Positions 51,781-64,000 of a stretch of DNA of 64,000 nt are shown piece by piece. The position numbers were made by a program, and so were the translations under genes. A model generated the notes under the pieces. It was not told the DNA's origin. It saw nothing but the letters and a program-made list of their open reading frames with translations, and did no database searches. Numbering within the stretch: the first letter of the stretch is position 1; every line of letters begins with the position of its first letter. Source of the stretch: Camelus ferus (lineage: Eukaryota); contig NC_045696.1 of assembly GCF_009834535.1 (NCBI RefSeq), positions 31,188,001 through 31,252,000 on the forward strand, read 5' to 3'.

Positions 51781-54700
51781 TTAAGTGCTATATCAAAACC
51801 AAAAATGTTTTTACTCATCATTACCTAAGATATTACTTCTCAGAGTTTATGCTAAATTACTGTAAGTTAATGAATATGTTCACAATTAATAAGTTAACTC
51901 AGGAATAAACTCAAAATGATTATTCAATTAAGTGATTAAAAATTACTTTACCCCCCAAAATCTGGAGGATATGATGAAATTCTAAATGCAGAATTGTTTT
52001 AAAAAAAATTTAAATACTCTATTTCAATAATGATTACATGCTATAAATACACTAAACTAAAAAAATTAAATTTTTATCTTTTATCAATTTCATCATCTTG
52101 TTAGAAAATAAACATAAGTAATTTTATTTATATCATTTAATTGGTTGTATTCTTACTCAAGATAACCAAACTACAATGGTATTCTGAACTAAAGGCACGT
52201 GTTTCAAGACATACAGATTTCTATCAATTGCCATTAAAATAATAATTAGCGTTGAATTCTTTCTCATTATTTTATAAGGCATAACCCTATATTACTTTGG
52301 GATCAAAGTGTACCTTGTATGTAACCAAGCTACATATATTAATGATATAATATTAGTGGTGCTCATAAAGTCCTTCTACAAGTAAGAAAGCTACTGTGAA
52401 ATTATAATGCAGATACAGCCTAAAGTGTATGAATACAGTGAAATACTAGTAGCCTTCAAATATTTTTGTAAATTTATTTTACCAATCTCTTCTCAAAACA
52501 TTATCCTGAAGTATCTTCTCTAAAAGAATGGCAGTTTTTATCGTAGTAAGATGAATAAGGAGTAAATATTTTGACTGTGAGGCACTCTCTAGAATAGGCT
52601 GGGTCCCATCAGTGTGGGTTCCAGGGAGCCAGAGAGCAGCAGGAGGTATGAATACATATTAACCTTTAAGAATTTCTCACTTAGAGGTTTATTTTCTTTT
52701 TTACAAGGGTAATTAATGGATAAGCTATACTAGCTTCTTATAGTCCCAGTACTCTGGTGGCCAATCTCTGTTCACCTAAAGAAGTCACCTTGGGGAAGCT
52801 CATTTTGGAATCCCTTTTCTTCTGCCAAAGCAACCCATGGAATTCCCATTCCCACTGCTTCATTGTGGAAAACAGACTTACAATCTCTGATAGGATTCAT
52901 AGTATACTTTCTATAGAAACCAGTTCATGAGCGGTTGTTAATAATAATGAAAATGCTGCAATCAATAATATTCTTTTTAACATCATGGTAAACAGTATTT
53001 GTGAATAGCCTGGACAACTAATCACCTTTTATGGTGGTTAAGAGGAATGAAAAAAAAAAAAAAATCTGCATTTAAAAGCACTAAACCGCTTAGCCTGCAG
53101 CTTTTGGAATATAACAAAAATGTAAGTCAGGGAATATTTCAAAATTTATATCCAATAATTAGATTTTTCTTTACCATAATGTTGACCACAATGCAATAAA
53201 CTATTTGTTAGCTTTAAGTGCACTGAATTCAGTGACTGAGAAAATTACTGAGCCTGAGTGTTTACAGCTGCTTTTAATTTCTGATTACTCCCTGTTTTAA
53301 AAACACAGGAAGAGTGAAATACATCAAATATAACTGTATGGATATTGGCTAAAATCTTAAAGGGGGAAATCTGAAACAAACAATTTAACCAGATTTTTCC
53401 TATGACCGAGAGATTTAATTTACTGAAAATATCACTAACAACAAATAACATAGATCATTGAAATCTAGCTAGTAGGGCTATGAGTCAATACATAAATCAT
53501 TAAAGAATGAAGGGATATAGCATTTTACTTAGCAAATATATGTAAGTTAAAGACTGTTAAAGAAATTTGGCAAGAAAATGTACATATTAAAAGATATTCA
53601 CTAAAGTTCTTCCCATCACCCAAGAAGCATGCTACAATTACTTTACTACAACATCTCAGGTTTTGAAGTTTTATTAACTGTGATAGAAATATAGTGGAAT
53701 TATTGGACAGAGCTTGCCACAGTTATTTCCACATCACCACATTCTTCATCAATCAAGAAATTGTCATTTTTTCCCCCATAGAGTATATTGCAGTTCATAT
53801 TGCCAAAATGTCAGTGAGGAAGAGACTTTACTCTCTTTGGGATAGTGATCATGCACTTTCATTCTTGTCTCCATCACTTTCGGCCACTTGACTAGATTTT
53901 GGCACTTTTCTTCTGGAAGTGTGTGCACACGTGAAGCAGAAATCAAGGACAAAAATGCCACCAGCTTCTTTATATTCCAGAGGTATGAAATCCCCAATGT
54001 GCTGCAAGTAGTGTCTTACACAAAATAAACTCCAGCATTAATTCAAAGGAATAATTTAAAGAGTTTTCTTTGATTGTTCTGATAGTTTCTATGTGAGTAA
54101 TTCGACCTTACAGGTTAAGAATATCACTCAGCATCTCTGTAGACAACAGATGACTGCTTGTATTATGTGTTGAATATTCCTTGCTTTACAAGTTTTCCCC
54201 CAATAAGCCTGAGTTTCCTTACCACTTAACCAATATGTTATGTCTCTGACACTTTTGTCCTAATTCTAGAATAGTGAAAACTATTTTTATATTTTGTAAT
54301 TAGGTTTCCTTGGATTCACTGATTTTTTTTTAAGTAAAATGGTACTAGCATTTTAATATATTGTATATCCTGCATCCACTCTCTGAAAATTCAATAATTC
54401 ATTGATATATCTTCTTTTACTTTTTATATCTCAAGGAACTGTGGCATACAATAATTCTGAGGGAGATTCATTTGTCTAATTGCCTAACTACTATAAAACC
54501 TACTATAAAATTTCCTACAAGCCTGTGAAATTCCATGCTGATCATTTCATTAAAAATATAAACCTATACATGAATGTAGATATGTAAGTATACTTATACT
54601 AGTAAATGAAGAACTGAATGGATTGTATTGTTTAAGGACGGGGAATCTATAATGCATTTATGTGCAAATGAAAAGTAGGAGAAGGTGTTTTTCTCGTGGC

Positions 54701-55176
54701 ATTTCGTGCAAGAGCACAATGTGCTGTGTTTGTTTAGCACCTGCTGTACTGCCACATGCCAATCCCTGCTCTCCTCATCACCCTTCACTTGCAAAAACAT
54801 CAAACAGAAGGGACATTGAGTAGGATGATTTCATTTAGAATAAATAAAGTCCTTGTGACTTAGGCAGCACTTAAAATCATCTATAAAAACCTACTCATAT
54901 CTCTAGGTCTAGCTCATCTCCCACTGTCCTGTTGAAGAATTCCCAGATATTGATAATCTCTATTCAAGGTTCCATTCTCACAAATGCAATGTTTTCAAAA
55001 ATCAGTCAGCCCTCCAAATGTGCCAATCCTTAATCGTCCTTAGGTGTCTTTTTTTAAGTTGTTTAATCCTAAAATGTTGACTCTTTGGTGGTGCTACATC
55101 TTCATTATCTCTTCTTTTTACCTGGCATTTTGAAGAACTTATCTGAAGTATTTCTTGACTACTTTGTATAAACTTT

Positions 55177-56900
55177 TTTCCAGCTTTACTGAGATATAAT
55201 TGACATATATCGTGTACATTTAAGGTGTAGAAGATGTTGATTTGAGCCACACATACACTGCAAAATGATTACTACCTCAGGCTTTGCTAGTGCCTTCATC
55301 TCATCATATAATTACCATTTTTTTCCATAGTGAGAATATTTAAGATCTACTCTGTCAGTGGCTTTCAAGTATATAATACAGTATTATTAACTACAGTCAT
55401 CATCCTGTGCATTAATTCAATCCCCAGAACTTATTAGTCTTCTAATTGTAAATTTGTACCCTTTGATCAATAGACCAATATCTGTTCATCTCCTCCACTC
55501 TCTAGCCCCTGGTAACCATCATTCTACTCTCTGTCCAAATTCAGCTTTTTAAGTACTTACACATAAGTGATATCATAGAGTATTTTTCTTCCCCTGACTT
55601 ATTTCATTTAACACAATGCCCTCAAGGTTCATCCATGTTCTTGCAAATGGCTAGATTTCCTTATTTTTCATGGCTGAGTAATATTCCAATATGTATGTAT
55701 GTGTATGTATGTATATATGTGTGTGTGTGTGTGTGTGCATACAGAGCTTGCCCCCCCCACACACACACACACACACACACATCTTTATCCACATAGTCAC
55801 TTAGGTAATTTCCATCCCTTGGCTATGGTAAACTATAGTGCAATAAACATAGAAGTGCAGATATCAAAATTTTTAAGATCCTGTTTTCATTTCCTTTGTA
55901 TATATACCCAAAAGTGAAATTATTGAATCAAAAGTAGTTCTATTTTTAATGTTTTGAGAAACCTCCATACTGTTTTCCTTAGTGACTGTACCAATTTACA
56001 TTCCAATAAGCAGTGCACTAAAATTTGTATGGAACCACAAAAGACCCTGAGAAAGAAGAATAAAGCTGGAAGCACCACACTTACTGATTTCTAACTATAT
56101 TACAAATTTATAGTAATCAAAAGAGTATGGGAGTGGTATACAAACAGAAACAACGATCACTGGAACAGAACAGGGAGCTCAGAAATAAACCCTCACATCT
56201 ATGGTTAACTTACATTTGACAAAGCCAAGAATGCTCAATGGGGAAAGGGCAGTCTTATCAATGTTTGGTATTGGGAAAACTGGGTAACTGCATGCACAAA
56301 AATGATATTGGACTCCTAACTGGACACCTATCTTACACCACTCACAAAAATTAACTCAAAATAGATGAAAGACTTAAAAATGAAATGTGAAACTGTAAAA
56401 CCCCTGAGGGAAAAAAAATCACAGAGAAAAATCTCCTTGACATTGGTCTTGGCAATGATTTTTTTGGATATGACATCAAAAACACAAGCAACAGAAGCAA
56501 AACTCAGTAAGTGGGACACATCAAAATACTTCTACACAGCAAAAGAAACAATTAACACAATGAATAGGAAACTATAGAATAGTAGAAATAATTGCAAAGT
56601 GTGTATTTTGATAAGGGGCTAATATCCAAAATATACAAAGAACTCATAGAAATCAATAAAAGAATTCAAACAATCGGATCATTTAAAAAAATGGCAGAAG
56701 AACTGAATAAACATTTTTCCAAAGAAGACATACAGATGGCCAAAAAGCCTATGAAAAGATGCTCAACATCATTAATCACTTGGGAAATGCAAATCAAAAC
56801 CACAGTGAAATATTACTTCACACCTGTTAAAATGGCTATCATCAAAAAGACAAGAGCTAACAGGTGTTGGCAAGGATGTGGAGAAAAGGGACCCTTCATA
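55177..56900 (-). mobile_element. L1 (L1MA9-like) with 5' inversion
   Basis: 55177-56018 is minus-strand ORF2 end and 3' UTR; 56018-56900 is plus-strand ORF2 (ORF 56592..56903 [10 protein letters not shown]...RCWQGCGEKG). Degenerate TSD 55162-55176/56894-56908. Confidence 0.93.
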
Positions 56901-58459
56901 TAGACCTTAAGACAGTGTCCAAGTGACACAGTCTCAGGTAAGGTAACCCTGATTGCAGAAAATCTTGTCCAGGTAAGCAGATTTAAAGGAACTGGTCAAA
57001 CTTAATCTGAAAAGAAGACCTAGAAGGCAATTTGATCATTGCATTGATATTATTTAGGGTTTTCAACATGAATAAGAGACTAGATTTATTTTTCTGTTGC
57101 ATCAGAGGTAATAGATGACCCATTAATATCAATAGACAATTACAGTTTAGAGAAAGGAGAGGTTAGCCTAGTATGTAAGAGCTAATTAGATCTGGGGACA
57201 GCCTAGGAACTGAGCAGACAGTGAACTACATGAGAAAATGTATCAGGATGTAGAAAGACTAAAGACATAAGAAAATATATTCATTAGTCAATTAAAGTCA
57301 ATTTATCAATATTTCAGGAATAGGTGCCAATAATGCAAGAATATATGACTTTTCCCTCTTGCCCTTTGACTATCACTGCTACTGTCATTCAGGTACAATC
57401 CCTTTTCCGCAGTCCTTCAGAGTAAATGAGATTTCAGAGCTCAGCAGAGAACAATGGAAAAGCAAGCGAGTCTTGCTATCAACGTGGCACATGGCCAATC
57501 AGTTGCCCATCTTCCTCACCTTGGCTCAGAAGCACAGTTCAGATATGAAGCCATATCTGGATTCTGGGACTTACTTCTTATCTCCACAGGGAATGCAATT
57601 ATCAGTGGTCCTGAAAAGGTCTATTTTAAGGTAAAACTCTAAAAGTAGTTGGGCTGAAATCAATCCTGGCTGAAGAGGAAAAAATGCCTTAATTAACATT
57701 TTCTTTCACACACACAAATACTAGTGTTCTTAAGTTATAAGCATCTGAAATTCACTTCAGTTGCAGAATATCTGATATTTTAGAAATAAATGAATTAAGA
57801 GTTTTAGGGAAGTAATTTATAAAGAAACAGACATGCACAAGAAATAATTTAGAATGGGAGAGAAAAAATTAACAAGACCAGTGTAGACTCATTATAGTCA
57901 AGTTTTCACAGATGAAATATTCTGAAAAGAAGGTAGAAAAATAGTAAATTTGTCATGCAAATGTATAAAACCATCAACAAAACACATCTTAGCATAGAAA
58001 TATACAAATAAAACCTATCAAGGTAATTTAGGCAGCCTCTGTTTAGCATTTAAATAAAGCAACAAATCTTTTATATGTCCAATATTTCTCTACATCTCTC
58101 CCACTCTCTCTCCCTTTCTCAAATAATATTACATTGCTTTTACTGTAGAGAATTTTTTAAAATTAATATTTTTGCATTAAATATCTCTTCTTTGGCTTTT
58201 TTAATAAATAATTTCTTCTGATTAAATAAATCAGCATGCTTGTGTACTTCTGTTATGTTCTCACTGAATATTATTTGTTGCTAATAAGAAGTACAGATTG
58301 TAAACAAACATAAAAATTGTTCAATATTGGTTATTATTACTCACTAGTATGGCTAAATTATTTTTAAAAACTGATGACACCAAGTGTTAAAAAGAATGTG
58401 TAAGAACAAAAACTGCAGTACTTTCAGAGTTTAGCAAAAATAACCTGTTACACTCAGAA

Positions 58460-58795
58460 AAAATGAAATAGAGAAAAGGAAATAGAAAATGTGTGAGGGG
58501 GTAGATATTTACCATAGACCCTACAGACATTAAAAGAATACAATGAGAACTATTATGAACATCTTTTTGCAAATAAATTTACTAACTTGAAGACAATAGA
58601 TAATTCCTAGAAAAATACAGTTTACTGAAATTGAAAAAACAGAAAATCTGAATAGCTATATATTAAAAAAAAGAATTCATAACCAAATTCTTCCCACTAA
58701 GAAAACAACAGATCCAGATGGTTATAAACTATATCACATTTTAAGGAAGAAATAGTTCACATTTTATATAACTCTGTTAGAAAATAAAAAGGGGA
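58460..58795 (+). mobile_element. Old L1 ORF2 internal fragment
   Basis: ATAGACCCTACAGACATTAAAAGAATAC...CTATTATGAAC...GCAAATAAATTT...AATTCCTAGAAAAATACAG. Confidence 0.8.
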
Positions 58796-60469
58796 AGGGT
58801 CAGAGTTTATTACAAACACAGTTGTGTCTTTTCATCCACAAAAAATAAGAATAAACATGTGGATGATGAACATACTGTTTCTGAGATGAAATTTCTTCTC
58901 ATGTTTTTAGAAGTAGGTATTTTTCTGCTATTTGTTGTAATAATATACATTTAAAAGTAACAAGTGCAGTTGGCATTTTACATTGTCTTGTATGTTGTAT
59001 TTACTGTTATTTTTGAGAGATATACCTATCTGACAGTTACCCTTTGATAATTGTGACCAGAATAAAGCTGTGAAAAAGAAGAAGGGCTAATAGTTTGTGA
59101 AGAAATCTTTCATTCTATTGTTGGTGGTTATTAGATTAGTTATCATAAGGAATCTTTAACACTTTTTAGAAGCCTGAGGCAGCCCATAGGTATTTATTGA
59201 AGTCCTATAGCAGATGACAAAATTAATTTCACTCAAATATATCCATTTGACAACTTCTGTATGATCAAATTTTATTGGGATCTGATGATACCGATGAAAA
59301 ACAATGCTTCCTTCACCCCACCCCCAGTATCACATATACTTATTTAAAAGAAACTTTAAGAGATGAATTAAAAAAAAAAGTATATTTCTATAAATACTAT
59401 AACATGCATTCACATGGAAAAGACAATTCACCTCACTCATAGAGAATCAAGTCAAGATTCAAGTCAAGAGCTATAATTCTGAAGAAAACACAATTTATTG
59501 ATGTTTGGCTTTAATAATTGTTGCATAAACATTTTGAACAGTTGAAAAATATTATTGAGTACCTATCATGTTTTTGCATAATTTCACTTAGGATGTATAG
59601 TTAATTTTTGCATGATATTAAAGACCCATTGTTTGCAATGTTTACTGGCAGAATATTAACAAGAATGAGGAGTACCTTATTTCTTTTCAGCTCAATATTC
59701 TGATTATTTTTAACTTTCCACTAAGAAATAAAAAATATATATGATTTATATATGTCTATGCATAAATTCTTTTGCATTTCCCATTTCTTTGTGTTAATGT
59801 TCTGAAACAGAATTAAGAAAATTGCCAAAACTTAAAATTAGCAAGCTAAAGAACATAATACATCAGAGGGGCCTATGCATATCGCTAAAATAATTTCCTA
59901 GTAACTGTTACCAATTTATAGTCTCATCATCAAATTAACTTCATTCCTACTAACATGAAAAAAATTTATTAATAAATAACATAATTTATAGAATATGGAA
60001 AACATGTAACAAAGGCAAAATAGTATATTAAAAGCAGAGAAAACATTTTACCATAATAATGGGTTAACCCATCAATAAGATAAAAAGGGGAGATTTAGGA
60101 TGGGGATGGATACTTAGTAACTGCTGGTTGTGTAGTGTTGCGAAAGTTAATGTGCAAACAATGTCTCAACTTTTAAATAGCTTACAGTCTATTAAATATA
60201 AGATTATAAATCACTAAAATACAAGGCAGAAAGCAGTATGTCCCATAAGGTAAAAGATACATGATCACTGGGAAGGAAAGATTACTTCAAATTTGAACCA
60301 TGGAAGGTTTTGTGGAAAAGATGAAACTTGACAGGACTTTGAAAATTTCATAGGATTTTTCACTTTAAAACATTAAAGATTGAGAATCCATAGTAAAAAT
60401 TAGTAAATTTTAATATAGTGATAGAAAAAAACAAATGCTTAGTTTAGAGAGACAACTGAACGTAGAAGT

Positions 60470-60800
60470 TAGTAACACAGATTCTAGAGAGTCTCTTCAA
60501 ATGCAGCTCAGCTAACTTCTATCTCTGTGACTTTGAGCAAGTTGCTTAACTTAATTTTTGCCTCAGTTTCCTCTTGCATGAAGTGGAGAATATAAAAAAC
60601 ATCTGCTGGTTTGAATGGGATTAAATTAAATGAGGATTAAATTAAGTTAAATTTGAATGAAGATTAAATTTAAATGAAGACTAAAATTTTACTATGTGTA
60701 AGGAAAAAAGAATAATGCCTGACAAATGTTATCTGTTATATATGGCTGGACATTATTATTATTATAATCATCATCATCATCATCACCATGATTATTACAA
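60470..60800 (+). mobile_element. MIR with internal tandem expansion and (ATT)/(CAT)n tail
   Basis: CTGTGACTTTGAGCAAGTTGCTTAAC...GCCTCAGTTTCCTC; repeated TGA(G/A)GATTAAATT. Confidence 0.8.
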
Positions 60801-62194
60801 ATAGATAATTTGTGAAAGTAAAATCAGAAGATATATTTTAAACTAATGGAAAAACTGGAATAACAAATTATTTAATTTCTCTTTTAAAGGTTACGGGGAG
60901 GCATTAAAGTGTTTTCAATAGATATGTGACAACAAAAATTGGGGTTTTTACAAGATAAATTTGGCAACAGTAAATAAAACAATTTAACAATAACTCAGTT
61001 AAGAGTTAATTAAGAAATAGATAAGGGTAGTCATAATGGGATAAAACAATGAAAAAAAGAATACAATGTCATTCTCATTCATATTTTTCCTAGCATCTGC
61101 CTCAAGCACAAACTACATAGCAGATACTGTGCATGCAAAGGAGATGATCATCTCAGACTCAATTCTTTTAGAAATAACAGACATCTAAAGGTCCCCTGAA
61201 ACTTTAGGTCATAGACTAAGAAAAAGATGGGACCAACAAACCTGCTGTTTAAAATGTCGAAGCTCAAACACCGTAATACTTCATAAACACTGTTGTTTCC
61301 AACATGTAATACCTGGAAGTTTCACTCTCCAATTCTATGCCTATCTGTATAGCAGCACTTAACCATCACTTCGATACTCTTGACACATCCTCCCTTTTTT
61401 ATCCCTTCAAACAGATTTTTTTATGCTCCTTTTCGTTGTAAAATGTGGCTTTTAAAAGAGCCTACAACCTTCCTGAGATGTGATCACTGGGAATATAATT
61501 CCTAACTATGGTCCAAGAAAAGTTTGTCTTTAAAACCTTAGATTTCATGACAAAGTTGAGAATAGTAAGACCATAATCAAATGTGAATTTCTCCTTGTTA
61601 GTTTTTGGGTTTGGAAAATAAGTATAGATTGATAATCTTCATCTTGTCACCAATATCCATGTAGAAAGTGAGCAGGCTTTGGCCTGTTCTTGTGCCCCTT
61701 GTTTTAAAATTTCACAGCAAACATACAGCGTAAAATGGCTAGAAGGTCTCTTATAAAAGACAAAAACTAGAACTTTTTCTGGTAGACTGTAAAATTTTTA
61801 AAAATCAAAATGGCCTGTTAATTAAATCAAATAGAAATCAGCCTAACTAAAAATAGTTTAGTTGGCCCAATTATAACAAATAAACAAGTGTATTACTTAT
61901 ATTTAAATTTTAAGTTTAATTACTCCAACTGTTAAGCTGGCTATTTTGGTAGAAATAAAAACTCATTAATGTGATGTTATGAGAATCCATTTGTTAAAAT
62001 GAATTAAATTTGTGCATATACATCATCATGACTTTGAAATATCTAATATTTGCAAATAAGATTATAACTTGTTAAAGAAAGTGGGACTGTTATTTATATA
62101 GCAAGCTATTACAAGGAAAACAAATAAATTTTCAAAGAAATATTTATAATATATCTTGAGGATACTATTAAATGCAAAAGCTTAAATCAGCTGG

Positions 62195-63535
62195 AGGACT
62201 TCTGCTTCTAAAAAGATGGAGTAGACACACTTTCCTCTATTTTTCCCAACAAGTACAACTAAAAACCCTTAATATTACATACAAAACAAACATAAGAAGA
62301 TTCTGAAAGTGAAGAAAAGCAGTCAGATCAACTAAGGATTCTGAGGCCAGAAGAACAACATAGTAATGAGTTCCTTGGATGTTCTTTTTGCCTCATATAC
62401 CCCAGACATGGAACTGAAGAAGCCAGCAGTCTAGAAATGCTAAAGGATCTAGGAAGAAGATCCCCAACAAAAGCCTGTTCTCATAGCCAAAGGACCAAGA
62501 AAAGGGCAGCTCAGTAAGAAAGAAAACTTTCAGACAATAAACAGTCTCCTCCTGCTGAACACCATAAAAACGGGTACCCCTACCACCCATGCCAGCAAAG
62601 GCCAAATGGGGAGCTTAGATTTTCACCTTTACAAGAATATAATGAGGTATCTGAGCATCCGCATCAGGACAGCATCCGAGAGGCTCAGTGAGAGTCTGCT
62701 CTTTCACCACTATTCAGAGGCAACAAAGACAATTCCAATGTGGTATCAGTGGAGAATACATCAGTGGAGAATTCCTGCCAAGGAGCAAGAAGTAGATCTA
62801 CCACTTGAGGAATCAACAGAAGCCAAGCAGTGGACTTCTATGTCTACCTAGAAATATCAAGGTGGTGTTCCCCTCCCTCCTGCTGAACTACTGTCAAATA
62901 GCTACATAAAACAAATAAATATTTTAGATAATATCCAGTCTTATCTTATCAAAAAATCTCATAATTTCAATTAAAAAAACCCTGTCATATCAAAAAAACA
63001 GGAAGATCTTAGACTGAATGCAAAAAGACAATCAATAGATCCCACCGTCGAGATGACAGAAATGCTAGGATTACGTGACCACTAGTTTAAAGCAGCCAGA
63101 CAAAAATGCTTCAGTGAGTAATTATGAACATTCTTGAAACAAATGTAAACTTAGAAAGCATCATCAAAGAAAAAGAAGATATAAAGAAGAATCAAATGCA
63201 TATTTTAGAATTGAAAAATAAAATAAGATGAAAAATTCAGTGAATGGCCTTAACAGGAGAATGAAGGAGAAAGAGGAAAGAATCAATAAACTGGAAGATA
63301 GAAAAACAGAAATTAACCAATGCAAACAGAGAGAAAAATAAATTTTAAATAATGAACAGAGATTCAAGACTCTGTAGGATTATAATGACAACAAACAAAC
63401 AAAAAAATAGAACATGCAAAAAGGTCAAGTCTCAGAAGAGAAAAAGATGGTGGGATAAAAGGTATTTGAAGAAATAATGACTGAGAACTTTGCATTTTGA
63501 CAAGAGACATAAGGCTACAGATTCAAGAACCTAAG
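62195..63535 (+). mobile_element. Old L1 5' UTR plus decayed ORF1 (L1MC/L1MD-like)
   Basis: ACTTCTGCTTCTAAAAAGATGGAGTAGAC 5' end; coiled-coil remnant AAGAAGATATAAAGAAGAATCAAATG...; TATTTGAAGAAATAATGACTGAGAACTT...ACAGATTCAAGAA. Confidence 0.8.
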
Positions 63536-63945
63536 CAGGTTGATTACACTGAACTGCTTTCATCATGAAAGGGGCAGAATTTTGTTTTTACTGGAATAAA
63601 CACTTACTCTGGATACAGATTTGAATTTTCTGCATCCAATGCTTCTGCAAAAGCTACCATTGTATACTTACAGAATGCCTTATCCACTGTCATGGTATTC
63701 TACCCAGCCATGCTTCTGATCAAGCAATTCTGTTCATAGCAAATGAAATGCAAAAATGAACCCATGTTCATGGAATTAACTGGCCCTACCATGTTCCCAA
63801 CTATCCTGAAGCAGTTGGCTTGATAGAATCATGGAATGACCTTTTGAAGACTCAACTACAGTGCCAGCTAGGTGGCAAATCTTGCAAGGCTGGGGCAAAG
63901 TTCTCCAGGTAGATGCTCTGAGTAAATCAAGAAGTAGAAATGGGA
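63536..63945 (+). pseudogene. ERVL pol integrase core remnant
   Basis: Manual translation QVDYTELLSS*KGQNFVFTGINTYSGYRF...LTECLIHCHGI..HASDQ...HGINWPYHVPNYPEAVGLIESWNDLLKTQL resembles ERVL integrase; stops and frameshifts present. Confidence 0.92.
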
Positions 63946-64000
63946 GAAACGTCCTAGAAAAAAATTTGCCTCCTGTTTTCATGACTTTATGCTCTACTGG

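Noticed and set aside
56592..56903. 103-aa ORF as a host gene
   Set aside because: Decayed L1 ORF2 C-terminus inside an inverted fragment.

Overview
AT-rich, CpG-depleted placental-mammal genomic DNA, most likely a very long intron or gene desert. I recognise no host protein-coding gene, tRNA, rRNA or CRISPR array; the listed ORFs are short chance ORFs or decayed L1 ORF2. The window is a layered transposon record: MIR, L2, hAT MITEs (MER5A, MER53, MER58), MaLR/ERVL/ERV1 LTRs, old L1MC/MD fragments, two L1MA9-like 3' ends (one with a twin-priming inversion), a CpG-rich solo LTR and an ERVL integrase remnant. I saw no Alu, B1/B2, CanSINE or Bov-type SINE, which weakly suggests a SINE-poor laurasiatherian. 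Repeat family names come from recalled consensus motifs, not a database search, and most boundaries are approximate. Best leads: a 220-bp TG...CA palindrome made of two inverted LTR 3' ends (35276-35495); a dispersed 72-bp duplicate that may predate a MIR insertion yet keeps 82% identity (48797/51500); a MER41-like LTR retaining a STAT GAS site; a perfect 87-bp tandem duplication; and a CpG-retaining unique block near 13.3 kb. None is demonstrably a new biological system from sequence alone.
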